NCBI GenBank assembly: GCA_963785725.1
Contig: CAWAWS010000019.1
Span: 64,001-128,000, forward strand
Length of the DNA: 64,000 nucleotides
From: an uncultured delta proteobacterium
Lineage (GTDB): Bacteria > Myxococcota_A > Polyangia > Palsa-1104
Reading direction: 5' to 3'
A program made the position numbers and the translations under genes. The notes under the pieces were generated by a model. It searched no databases, was not told where the DNA came from, and saw only the letters and a program-made list of their open reading frames with translations. Below, piece after piece: positions 10,016 through 19,303 of this stretch. Every line of letters starts with the position of its first letter. Within the stretch, counting starts at the first letter, position 1.

Positions 10016-10791
10016 GGTCCGCTCGTCTTCTCCATCATCCAATCGCTCTCGGCGCAGCCGGGCAAGTGTAGCTCGCCGGTGCGATGGGGATCGCGCGCCG
10101 CTTCGGTGAGCCGGGCGCGCGCGGCGTCGACGGCGTCGGCCACCGACTGCTCGCGCGGGCACAACAGCGCGACGACGCGCTCGGCGCCGGGCGTGGCGTC
10201 GAGCACGATGCTGCCCGGCATCGGCTGGCGCACGCCGCTCGGCACGTGTAGCCCGCGACCGCCGTCGGCGACATAGACCGAGACTTTGCCGGCGGCATCG
10301 AGGCCGAGCACGACGACGTCGCCCTCTTGGCCCGTCGAGAGCACGAAGCGCACGGCGTCGCCCGGATGCACGACGCCGCCCGGCGCGAGCTCGACGACGC
10401 GCCCATCCGCCTGCCGCGCCACGACCGACAATTCCAGCGGCAGCGCCTGGCCTTTGGTGCGCTCGTGACCGCCGGGCTTACGCCACATCGGCAGCAGCAC
10501 GACGAGCGCCAACATCGCCGCCGCGGCCGCGAACGTCTGCGTCGTGCGCACAATCGTTCGGCGCCACAAGCGCCGGCGCAGCTTACGCGGTCCGTCGGCC
10601 AGCACCAGCGCGGCGCGCACGTTGAGCCGGCGCAGCTCGGCCAGCCGCTGCGTGCACAGCGCGCACGTCGCCAGGTGCGTCTCGACGGTGGCGCGGGTGG
10701 TCGGCGCGCCGGCGACGATCCGGTCGAGCGTCAGATCGGACAGACAGCTGGGCGGACGACGCCGCCTTCCAAAGCTCATCGGCTCGATCAT
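10012..10791 (-). CDS. Putative Zn-binding anti-sigma factor: HxxxCxxC, one TM, periplasmic DUF4384-like domain
   Basis: HLATCALC; TM AAAAAMLALVVLL; VHPGDAVRFV...GSIVLDATPGAERVVALLC; directly downstream of the ECF sigma. Confidence 0.75.
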   Translation of the reverse strand: MIEPMSFGRRRRPPSCLSDLTLDRIVAGAPTTRATVETHLATCALCTQRLAELRRLNVRAALVLADGPRKLRRRLWRRTIVRTTQTFAAAAAMLALVVLLPMWRKPGGHERTKGQALPLELSVVARQADGRVVELAPGGVVHPGDAVRFVLSTGQEGDVVVLGLDAAGKVSVYVADGGRGLHVPSGVRQPMPGSIVLDATPGAERVVALLCPREQSVADAVDAARARLTEAARDPHRTGELHLPGCAESDWMMEKTSGP

Positions 10792-10793
10792 CG

Positions 10794-10924
10794 CGAGCAA
10801 TCTCCTCGGCACAGCCTCGGCGCTGCGGCTCGCTTCACTCCGTTCCGCTCGTCGATTTTCACGAGCAATCTCCTCGGCACAGCCTCGGCGCTGCGGCTCG
10901 CTTCACTCCGTTCCGCTCGTCGAT
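10794..10924. repeat. Two identical 63-bp direct repeats (period 68) encoding coupled mini-ORFs, MIRU-like
   Basis: CGAGCAATCTCCTCGGCACAGCCTCGGCGCTGCGGCTCGCTTCACTCCGTTCCGCTCGTCGAT at 10794-10856 and 10862-10924. Confidence 0.95.
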
Positions 10925-11421
10925 CACCCAAGGACCTCCTCGGGCACGATGTCGAGCTGATCGCGCGCCGTATCGCGAAACTGCTTCAGTCGGTTGCGCA
11001 CCGTGCGCTCGGAGATGCCGAGCAGCTCGGCGATCTCCTCCTGACCCATTTGATCCACGTAGTAATAGATAGCGACCTCGGCCAGCTCGCGCGGAATGAG
11101 GCTCAAGAGCTGCTCGATGCCGATGCGATCTTCCTGCGAGCTCACGCGTTCCGCTTCGGCGAGGGGCATTTTGCGGGCGAGCGCGCGCCGTCGCCGGGCT
11201 CCGTCGCGAATGCTATTGAGGCAATGGTTGGTCGTCACTTGATAGAGCCAGGTCGTGAGCGCCGATTCGCCACGGAAACCCGGGAAGGCCTGGATCGCCT
11301 TCATGAACACCTCCTGCACCATGTCCTGGGCAGCGTGCTCGTCCCCCAAAAGGGTACACGCTCGCCGCAGCACCATGCCGCCGTAGGTTCGATAGAGAAA
11401 GTCTATCGAGGCCTGATCCAT
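10924..11421 (-). CDS. ECF-type RNA polymerase sigma factor
   Basis: Region 2 AQDMVQEVFMKA...TWLYQVTTNHCLN; region 4 QEEIAELLGISERTVRNRL; 165 aa. Confidence 0.92.
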   Translation of the reverse strand: MDQASIDFLYRTYGGMVLRRACTLLGDEHAAQDMVQEVFMKAIQAFPGFRGESALTTWLYQVTTNHCLNSIRDGARRRRALARKMPLAEAERVSSQEDRIGIEQLLSLIPRELAEVAIYYYVDQMGQEEIAELLGISERTVRNRLKQFRDTARDQLDIVPEEVLG

Positions 11422-11434
11422 CCCTCAGACCCTT

Positions 11435-11463
11435 TCGACACCAAGCGCGCAATGGAGCGGCAA
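11435..11463 (-). promoter_or_regulatory. Candidate autoregulatory ECF promoter (copy 1)
   Basis: TTGCCG-N16-GTGTCGA ending 13 nt before the sigma ATG. Confidence 0.65.
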
Positions 11464-11596
11464 CACGATCCGCCCGTAACGATCGGCGTGAACATTCGGC
11501 GAACTTTTCGCCAGCAAACGGCTAATAATGTGACAAAACTGCTGTACTGACCAGTACGACCGCGTTAAGGTTCGCACTGGCCAGAGAGGTTGTCTA

Positions 11597-13285
11597 ATGG
11601 TGCAGTCCGCCCTCAGACGACTCGGCGCGCTCGTCGTAGCCGTCTCGTTTGGGCAATGCAGCAAGAGCGACACGCTGCCACTGATCACCGATGGTGATTC
11701 AGTGCGACTTCTCTCCGCCAGCGTTTGTCCCGACGGCGCCGACGCCAGCACCTTCGACGACACCAGCTGGTCGACGGCAAAGCTGCCGCTCGTCGGCGTC
11801 CCGCAGAGCGGCGCCTGTCTGCGCAAAGAGTTCAACATCGGCTCGTCGCTTCCCGACTATCGCTGGCTCGACATTCGGCTGACGAGCGGCTCGCAGGCGC
11901 GGCTCAACGTCGGTCCCGGCAAGGAGCAGATGACGGCCGGCGAGCAGGGCCTGTACTGGACCAGCTCCGACGATCCCGACGATCCGACGGCCAAGACGAC
12001 GACCCCCACCACGGGCACGGTCGTCGAATACACGCTCGATCTGCGACTTTTCCCGACGTTGTTGCAGCCGACGCAGAACGTGCTGGCGCTGGCGGTGCCG
12101 CAGATGCAGCAGTCGCTCGAGCTGGGCGCGATCTTGCGGCGCGATGACGGCTACGACAGCGCCTACGTCAAAGTCGTCAACGGGCCCTACTCGGTGCATC
12201 CGTCGACGACGGGCGTGCAGCTGCAGTGGGAGACCGATCGTTCGGCGCCGTCGTGGGCCGTGGTGGCCGGCGGCGAAAGCTACGACGGCGGCTGGAGCGT
12301 CCACCACGGCGTCGACGTGGAGTCGCTCGTTCCCGGCCGTTTCTACTCGTTTTATGTGTCGACGGCCGAATCGAGCGCGCTGCCGGCCGAGTGCCAGGCG
12401 GTCGGCGTGGACTCGGTGTCCGACACCGGCGACGACGATCAGCTCGGTCGCTACGTGCAGCGGCGCAACGATTGCCAGCAGCTGGCGGCCGCGGTCAAGC
12501 CGGCCGTCGCCGACATGCACACGGCGGCCGCCGGCGGCGTCACGCTCAAGGTCGCCATCGTCGGCGACACGCGCAGCTCGGCCACGTCGACCAACGCCAT
12601 CTTGGGCGCGCTCGCGGCCGAATCGCCCGACCTCATCGTGCACACCGGCGATCTCGTGGCGTCGGGCAGCGAGGCCAACTGGGACGGCTTCTTCACCGTC
12701 GGTGCGCCGGCGCTCTTGCACGCGCCCATCGTGCCCGTCATCGGCGAGCGCGACGTGACGCCGCTGGCCGACCGCTTCTCGCAGCTGTTCGCGCTCGACG
12801 GCACCACGCCGGCGGCGCACGCCTACTCGGTCGATCTCGGCGTCGTCCACCTGGCGCTGCTCGATTCCACCGCCGCGGTCGCCGGTCAGGCCGCGTGGCT
12901 CGACGCCGATCTGACGGCAGCCGAAGCCGCGGGCGCGCAACACATCTACGTCGTGACGCACGTCGGGCCCTGGTCGAGCGGCGCCTCGGGCGGCAACGCG
13001 TCGGTGCTGGCGACGATCGTGCCCATCATTCGCGCCCACAAAGTCGAGGCCATCGTGAGCGGCCACGACAACATCTACGAGCACGGCGTCAGCAACGGGC
13101 TCAACTACTTCGTCTCGGGCGGCGCCGGCGACACCGTCGACACGCTCGGCAGCCCGCAGCCGACGACGGTGCTGGCGCGCGCTGTCCCGCACTACGTCAT
13201 CCTCTCGATCAACGGCACGAGCGCGACGGTCATCGCCAAAGACGCCAGCGGCACAGCCTTCGACGCCGTCGCGCTCACACCGTAA
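11597..13285 (+). CDS. Exported purple-acid-phosphatase-like metallophosphoesterase with altered motifs
   Basis: FN3-like GPY...WET segment, then GDTR, HTGDLV, GERD, TH and GHDN motifs; lipoprotein-like N terminus. Confidence 0.8.
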   Translation: MVQSALRRLGALVVAVSFGQCSKSDTLPLITDGDSVRLLSASVCPDGADASTFDDTSWSTAKLPLVGVPQSGACLRKEFNIGSSLPDYRWLDIRLTSGSQARLNVGPGKEQMTAGEQGLYWTSSDDPDDPTAKTTTPTTGTVVEYTLDLRLFPTLLQPTQNVLALAVPQMQQSLELGAILRRDDGYDSAYVKVVNGPYSVHPSTTGVQLQWETDRSAPSWAVVAGGESYDGGWSVHHGVDVESLVPGRFYSFYVSTAESSALPAECQAVGVDSVSDTGDDDQLGRYVQRRNDCQQLAAAVKPAVADMHTAAAGGVTLKVAIVGDTRSSATSTNAILGALAAESPDLIVHTGDLVASGSEANWDGFFTVGAPALLHAPIVPVIGERDVTPLADRFSQLFALDGTTPAAHAYSVDLGVVHLALLDSTAAVAGQAAWLDADLTAAEAAGAQHIYVVTHVGPWSSGASGGNASVLATIVPIIRAHKVEAIVSGHDNIYEHGVSNGLNYFVSGGAGDTVDTLGSPQPTTVLARAVPHYVILSINGTSATVIAKDASGTAFDAVALTP

Positions 13286-13305
13286 GAACCGCGGCGCGAC
13301 GCCGT

Positions 13306-14643
13306 TTATTTCTTCGCCGCCTTCATGACCTTCTCGATCTCGTCGGCCGTGCGCGGCAAGGCGCCCGAGAGCAATTTCGCGCCCGCTTTCGTGACCAAGA
13401 TCGTGTCCTCGATGCGAATGCCGAGCTTCTTCTCGGGAATGTAGATGCCCGGCTCGACGGTGATGACGCTGCCCTCGGCGATCGGCTCGAGCTGCGCCCA
13501 GCTGCCGAGATCGTGCACGTAGAGCCCGACGTGATGGCCGACGCCGTGGATGAAGTAGTCGTAATAACCGGCATCGATCATGACTTTTTCGGCCGCGCGC
13601 TGCAGCTCGACCCAGGTGACGCCGGGCCGCACCTTGGCCAGCGCCGCGTTCTGCGCCGCCAACACCGTGTCGTAGATCCTGCGCTGCTCGGCCGTGAAGT
13701 GGCCGTTGGCCGGGAACGTGCGCGTCACGTCGGTGGCGTAGTGATCGTACTCGGCGCCGGCGTCGATGAGCACCAGCTCGCCGTCCTCGATCACGCGATC
13801 GTCGTCGGGATAATGGAGCACGCAGCCGTCGGGGCCACCGCCGACGATCGACGGATACGACAGCGTCCGCGCGCCGCCCTTGCGAAACGTGTCCTCGACG
13901 ATCTGCTTGAGCTCCCACTCGTGCATGCCGGGATGCACGCGCTTCCACGACTCGAGGTGGCCGGCGACGGTGATGTCGGTGGCGCGCTGAATCTTCTCGA
14001 GCTCGCGCGGCTCTTTGACCATGCGCATTTTGCCGAGAAGCAGGTGCATGTCCTCGATCTTCAGGCCGAGCTGACGCGCCGAGGTTTTGCCGTAAATATC
14101 GAGCATCTTCGGCACTTCGCCTTCGTAGCCGACGACGTTGCCGCCCAAATAGTCGAGCTGCTTTCGCTGCTGCGCTTCCATCGCCAAGAAGTAGCCGAAC
14201 GCGCCGAACGGCCGAACGTGACGAAAGCCGATGCGCTGCTCGACGGCGAGGTTGGGCAAGATCGCGCGATAACCGCTCCAGCGGTCGCTTTCCGGCCGCG
14301 CCGGGGGCAGCAGCAGCTGCTCACGCTCGTCCGGCGGGTTCTCCGGAATCAGCATGAGCGCCGCGTCCGGCTCGTCCCACAGGCCGGTCAAATAGAAGAA
14401 ATCGAGGCTCTCCTCTTTTTCTTCCGTGCCTTTTTCGGGCGCCGACAGCACCGCCGCGACGCCCTTCTTCAGGAGCGACATGAGATGGGCACGGCGCGCG
14501 CGATAGACGTCGACCGCAAACGGCGTGGTTCCCGTCGGACGCTCACGCGCAGTCGCGGCGGCGGATGACGCCGGCCCGTTGGGATCGGCGTGACCGATTC
14601 CCGCGAGAGCGACGACGAGCAAAATGCCAAAGATCGTTCTCAT
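13306..14643 (-). CDS. pepP: Exported Xaa-Pro aminopeptidase (M24B)
   Basis: DFFYLTG, IDAG, DVTRTFP, HGVGHHVGLYVHD, TVEPGIY and GIRIED motifs; signal peptide from ATG 14643. Confidence 0.88.
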   Translation of the reverse strand: MRTIFGILLVVALAGIGHADPNGPASSAAATARERPTGTTPFAVDVYRARRAHLMSLLKKGVAAVLSAPEKGTEEKEESLDFFYLTGLWDEPDAALMLIPENPPDEREQLLLPPARPESDRWSGYRAILPNLAVEQRIGFRHVRPFGAFGYFLAMEAQQRKQLDYLGGNVVGYEGEVPKMLDIYGKTSARQLGLKIEDMHLLLGKMRMVKEPRELEKIQRATDITVAGHLESWKRVHPGMHEWELKQIVEDTFRKGGARTLSYPSIVGGGPDGCVLHYPDDDRVIEDGELVLIDAGAEYDHYATDVTRTFPANGHFTAEQRRIYDTVLAAQNAALAKVRPGVTWVELQRAAEKVMIDAGYYDYFIHGVGHHVGLYVHDLGSWAQLEPIAEGSVITVEPGIYIPEKKLGIRIEDTILVTKAGAKLLSGALPRTADEIEKVMKAAKK

Positions 14644-14689
14644 GGCCGACAGCCTCGGCCAGTTTCCGACGTTGCACAAGAACCGCGAT

Positions 14690-14841
14690 CCCGCTCGGCC
14701 AATGAGGGGGGCATCGGCCGAGCGGGCGTGGTCCATCTACTTCCGCGACGCGTTCAGTCGTTGAGGGGCATCAGCGACCGGGCGAGGAGGAGTGTTACGA
14801 CCGCGGCCTTGGTTTCACGGGTGAGGAGCATCACCGCGTGA
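14690..14841. repeat. Three stem-loops about 60 nt apart with a shared apical motif TGAGG(G/A)GCATC
   Basis: Inverted repeats at 14690-14726, 14757-14778 and 14815-14841, read directly. Confidence 0.7.
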
Positions 14842-14858
14842 GACGTGCCGTGGTTTGG

Positions 14859-16796
14859 TTACTTCCAAGTAAACGTCGCAACGGCACCGGCAGGTAACGA
14901 GCTCGTGAAAGTTCTGCCACTGTCGACGACCGTGAACGATTGCGGGCTGCTGGCGCCGTTGAGCACGAGCAGAACGCGCGTTCCATCCGGATTGACGAAC
15001 GCGACGTCTTCTACGTTGCCTGAGCCGAAGCTGTTGGAATCGACGCGATAGGCGCCCGACGCGATGAAGCGACTGGCGTGACCCATGGCGTAGTAGTCGA
15101 CCTCCTTGGTGAAGCTGCCATCGGAATGAATGGTGATGAGACCGGTGCAGGTCGTGCAGCCGCCGCTTCCCGTCGGAAACGGCCCGTGCGCGTCGTTCAA
15201 GGCGAGATTCCAGCGCACGACCGACTTGGCCCAGTTGCGCGCCGAGCCGATGTAGAGCTGATCGAACTGGTTGGCCAAGCTCTGGCCGAACGAGCCGCTC
15301 CACGTGCCGCCCGAGCATTCGGTGACGTAGATATCCTTGTCGGGGTAGGCGTTATGCATCGTGGTCATGGCTGACGGGTCACCGGAATAGCAATGAAACG
15401 CAATTCCCCCCGTATATGTTCCAACCTGCGCGTTATCGGCGAGGATCGACTGCGGGAACGATTCGTTGTCCCAGTTGTGGTCGAACAAAAAGATCTTCGT
15501 GGTGATCCCGGCCGCAGCAAACGCCGGCCCGAGGTGATAGCGGATCAGGTTCGACTGCTCCCACCACTGCATGCTCATCGACGGATAGCCGACCGGCTGA
15601 ATGAGCGGCTCGTTGATCGTCGTGATCGCCCAAATGGGAATGCCGACGGCCGCATATTGTTGGATGAATTTCACGAAATATTGCGCATACGGATCGTAAG
15701 AGCCGGGATCGACGAGGCTGCCGGTATTCTCGAGCGAGCCGTTCGTCTTCATCCACGCCGGCGCCGACCACGGCGTCGCCATCACCTTGAGCGCCGGATT
15801 CGTCGCCAACGCTTGTTGCACCATCGGGATGATGTACGGCTGGTCGCGCGCGATCGAAAACTGCGCCAGCGTCGGATCGGTCGTGCCGGCGGCGATGTCG
15901 TCGTAAGAGTAGAAGCTCCACGCCAGATCGCTCGTGCCCATCGGCTGGCGCAAGATGCTGACGCCGATGCCTTGCGTCGGATCGAAGAGCGCCGTCATCG
16001 CCGCTGAACGCTGCGCCGCCGTCATTTGATCGGCGAACAGCCACGCCGACGAATCGGTCATCGACGCGCCGAAGCCGGTCATTTGTTGATATTGCGTGCC
16101 GGCGTTGACGGTGATGACGTTGCTGCCGCCGCCATTGCCGCTGACGAGCGGAATCGCCGGCTGCGCCGTCAGCGCGAGCGCGCCGTCGGCCGTCGTCTCC
16201 CACTCGGCGACGCTGCCGCCCGTCGGTGCGCCGCCGCCGCCGTTGATGCCGATCGCGAACGCTTCCCAGCCGCTCGCCACCGTCGCCGTCGCCGCCAGCG
16301 TGCTGCCGCCGCCGTTCAACGCCGAGACATAGTCGCCGAGCGTCTTCGTTTGCAGCGAAATTTGCTGGCCGTTGGTGATGGTGCCCGAGCCGCTGATGAG
16401 GCTGATGCGGAAGGTCTCCCAATCGAGCGGCGTCGTGCGGTTGGCGTCGAGCACGCCGCCGCCGCCGTTCTCCGCGGAGACGAACTGCCCGTTCGACGCC
16501 GCGAGATTGACGTAGTCGCCGCTGACGAGCGCGCCGCCGTTGATGTCGTAGAGCGTGAACGTCTCCCACGTGCTGGCGACGGCGCGGTTGGCGTCGACGA
16601 CGCCGCCGCCGCCGTTCTCCGCCGACACGTATTGCCCGGCGAGCGCCGTCTTGAACGTGACCGAATACGTCGCCGTCGACAGCGGCGCGGCTTCGCCGGG
16701 CTCGCCTTGCGAAGCCGCGCCCGCCTGACAGCCGGCGCCGACGAGCGTCGCCAAAAGCAGCGCACAACGAGTGGATACTTGAGCTTCTGCGCGCAT
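14859..16796 (-). CDS. GH30 glycoside hydrolase lipoprotein with N-terminal fascin-like (beta-trefoil) repeats
   Basis: Repeated YVSAENGGG...ANR...WETF units; GFGASMTDS, PWSAPAWMK, NEP and VTEC motifs; lipobox VGAGC; GAGGAGG SD. Confidence 0.88.
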   Translation of the reverse strand: MRAEAQVSTRCALLLATLVGAGCQAGAASQGEPGEAAPLSTATYSVTFKTALAGQYVSAENGGGGVVDANRAVASTWETFTLYDINGGALVSGDYVNLAASNGQFVSAENGGGGVLDANRTTPLDWETFRISLISGSGTITNGQQISLQTKTLGDYVSALNGGGSTLAATATVASGWEAFAIGINGGGGAPTGGSVAEWETTADGALALTAQPAIPLVSGNGGGSNVITVNAGTQYQQMTGFGASMTDSSAWLFADQMTAAQRSAAMTALFDPTQGIGVSILRQPMGTSDLAWSFYSYDDIAAGTTDPTLAQFSIARDQPYIIPMVQQALATNPALKVMATPWSAPAWMKTNGSLENTGSLVDPGSYDPYAQYFVKFIQQYAAVGIPIWAITTINEPLIQPVGYPSMSMQWWEQSNLIRYHLGPAFAAAGITTKIFLFDHNWDNESFPQSILADNAQVGTYTGGIAFHCYSGDPSAMTTMHNAYPDKDIYVTECSGGTWSGSFGQSLANQFDQLYIGSARNWAKSVVRWNLALNDAHGPFPTGSGGCTTCTGLITIHSDGSFTKEVDYYAMGHASRFIASGAYRVDSNSFGSGNVEDVAFVNPDGTRVLLVLNGASSPQSFTVVDSGRTFTSSLPAGAVATFTWK

Positions 16797-17164
16797 GAAG
16801 ACCTCCTCGGCGGCGAACCGCTGCGAGGCGACTTCAGCAAGCGTCATACCGTCATATGAAGCGCTGCGAATCTCGTTAGTTCGCAGATCGAACAAAGTCG
16901 AAGGCGCCTCGAACTGTCTCCTGCAGGTGGACACTCGGGTGATCGACTCCTCAGCCGAAAGCTAGGTTCGACTCCGTTCGAAGTCAATATTCGCTAGTAG
17001 TGGCGCGGCTTTTTCGATCATTAGCCGCGCTGTTTAATTGGTGCTTCAGGCGACACATTCGCGCGCGCTCGAATGACAGCGTGGCGAAATTGCGACGAAT
17101 GCGACGCGCCGTGTCGACGCGAAATCGAACAATCGACGACGGCGAGTCGGCTACATTGCTCGCC

Positions 17165-19303
17165 ATGTTCAGACGGACCTTCCTGCATCTGACGGCGAGC
17201 GCCGCGGCGCTCTACACCTTGCGCGGGCGGCGCGTGTTTGCCGCCGGGAGCCACGCCATGACCGACGATCCGCTGCTCGCACCTTGGACGGGCCCGCACG
17301 GTGGGATCCCGCGCTTCGACCTGATCACGACGGCGAGCTTCAAGCCGGCGATCGAAAAAGGAATGGAGCTCAAGCGGAAAGAGGTCGCGGCGATTGTCGC
17401 CAACACGGAAGCGCCGACGTTCGCCAACACGACGTTGGCGTTCGAGGACGCGGGGCGGCCTTACGGGCGCGTCTTGAGCATCTTCGGCATCTATCGCTCG
17501 ACGATGAACGACAAGCCGATGCAGGCGCTGGAAGCGGAGATGGTGCCGATTTTGGCGGCGTTCGACGACGAGATCACGCAGAACGAGGCGCTCTTCAAGC
17601 GCGTCAAAGCGGTTTACGACGGGCGCGCGAAGGCGAAGCTGAAGCCCGACGAGCTACGGCTCGTCGAAGTGCAGTATCGCGGGTTCCAGCGTTATGGCGC
17701 CGATCTCAACGCGACCGATAAAGCGAAGCTCAAGCAGATCAACGAGCGACTGGCTTCGCTCTATACGAAGTTCTCGCAGAACGAATTGGCCGACGAAGAG
17801 GGCTATTCATTGCCACTTCATAATGAAGCCGATTTGGCGGGATTACCCGACACCTTACGCGCGTCGGCGAAGACGGCGGCCGAGAGCAAAGGGCTGCATG
17901 GTCAATGGTTGATTACCAATACGCGCTCCTCGATGGAGCCATTTCTGACCTATTCGACACGACGCGATTTGCGCGAAAAGGGTTGGCGACTGTGGATCAA
18001 TCGCGGCGACAACGCGGGCGCGCACGACAATAAGCCGGTCATTGCCGAAATTCTGACGTTGCGCGCGCAGCGGGCGAAGCTGCTCGGCTTTGCCAGTCAC
18101 GCGCATTGGGCGCTCGACGATAATATGGCGAAGACGCCGGACGCGGCGATGGCGCTGATGATGAAAGTGTGGCCGGCGGCGACGGCGCGCGTGAAGCAAG
18201 AAGTGGCCGACATGCAGCAGATCGCCGACGCCGAGCACGCGGGCCACAAGATCGAGCCCTGGGACTATCGCTTCTATTCGGAGAAGGTGCGCAAAGCGAA
18301 GTACGATCTCGATCAGAACGAAGTGAAGCCTTATTTGCAGCTCGACAAGATGCGCGAGGCCATGTTTTGGGCCGCCGGTCAGCTTTACGGGTTCGATTTC
18401 AAGTTGCTCAGCGGCGTACCGACTTATCAAGCGGACATGAGCGTCTATGAAGTGACGCGTCACGGTAAGCGGGTCGGTCTTTGGTACTTCGATCCTTATG
18501 CGCGTGACGGTAAGCAGTCGGGCGCGTGGATGAACGAATATCGGACGCAAGAGAAGTTCAAGGCGGGCATTACGCCGGTGGTGTCGAATAACGCCAACTT
18601 CGTCAAAGGCAAACCGGGCGAACCGGTGTTGATCTCGTGGGAGGACGCGGTGACGATGTTCCACGAGTTCGGCCACGCACTGCACGGGCTCAACTCCGAC
18701 GTGCGCTTCCCGACCTTGGCGGGCACGAACACGAAGCGCGACTTCGTCGAGTTCCCCAGTCAATTGAACGAGCATTGGCTGCCGACCAAAGAGGTGTTGA
18801 CGAAGTTCGCGCACCATTTCCAGACCAATGCGCCGATCCCCGATGCATTGGTGGCGAAGATCGAGCATTCGAAACATTTCGCGCAGGGCTTCGGCACCGT
18901 CGAGTATTTGGTGTCCGCGATCTACGACATGAAGATTCATACGGCCAACGCCGATAAGCCGATCGACGCCACGGCGTTCGAGAAGCAGACGATGAAGGAG
19001 ATCGGCTGCCCGTCGGAGATCGTCATGCGCCACCGGCCGACGCAGTTCGGGCACATCTTCTCCGGCGACGGGTATTCGGCCGGTTATTACGCGTATATTT
19101 GGGCCGACACGTTGACGGCGGACGCGGCCGAGGCGTTCGAGGCGGCGGGCAGCTTTTACGACAAGGCGACGGCGAAGCGGCTGCACGACGAGATCATGAG
19201 CGTCGGCAATTCGGTGCCGCCGGAGGATGCATTCCGCCGCTTCCGCGGCCGCGACGTCGACACCAATGCGCTGATGAGAAAGCGCGGATTTCCGGTGGCA
19301 TGA
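17165..19303 (+). CDS. dcp: M3 metallopeptidase (peptidyl-dipeptidase Dcp-like) with Tat signal
   Basis: FHEFGHALH, DFVEFPSQLNE and GYSAGYYAYIWA; N-terminal RRTFL twin-arginine motif. Confidence 0.9.
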   Translation: MFRRTFLHLTASAAALYTLRGRRVFAAGSHAMTDDPLLAPWTGPHGGIPRFDLITTASFKPAIEKGMELKRKEVAAIVANTEAPTFANTTLAFEDAGRPYGRVLSIFGIYRSTMNDKPMQALEAEMVPILAAFDDEITQNEALFKRVKAVYDGRAKAKLKPDELRLVEVQYRGFQRYGADLNATDKAKLKQINERLASLYTKFSQNELADEEGYSLPLHNEADLAGLPDTLRASAKTAAESKGLHGQWLITNTRSSMEPFLTYSTRRDLREKGWRLWINRGDNAGAHDNKPVIAEILTLRAQRAKLLGFASHAHWALDDNMAKTPDAAMALMMKVWPAATARVKQEVADMQQIADAEHAGHKIEPWDYRFYSEKVRKAKYDLDQNEVKPYLQLDKMREAMFWAAGQLYGFDFKLLSGVPTYQADMSVYEVTRHGKRVGLWYFDPYARDGKQSGAWMNEYRTQEKFKAGITPVVSNNANFVKGKPGEPVLISWEDAVTMFHEFGHALHGLNSDVRFPTLAGTNTKRDFVEFPSQLNEHWLPTKEVLTKFAHHFQTNAPIPDALVAKIEHSKHFAQGFGTVEYLVSAIYDMKIHTANADKPIDATAFEKQTMKEIGCPSEIVMRHRPTQFGHIFSGDGYSAGYYAYIWADTLTADAAEAFEAAGSFYDKATAKRLHDEIMSVGNSVPPEDAFRRFRGRDVDTNALMRKRGFPVA

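Noticed and set aside
16940..16985. GGTTCGACTCC resembling a tRNA T-loop
   Set aside because: No full T-stem, acceptor stem or anticodon arm could be formed.
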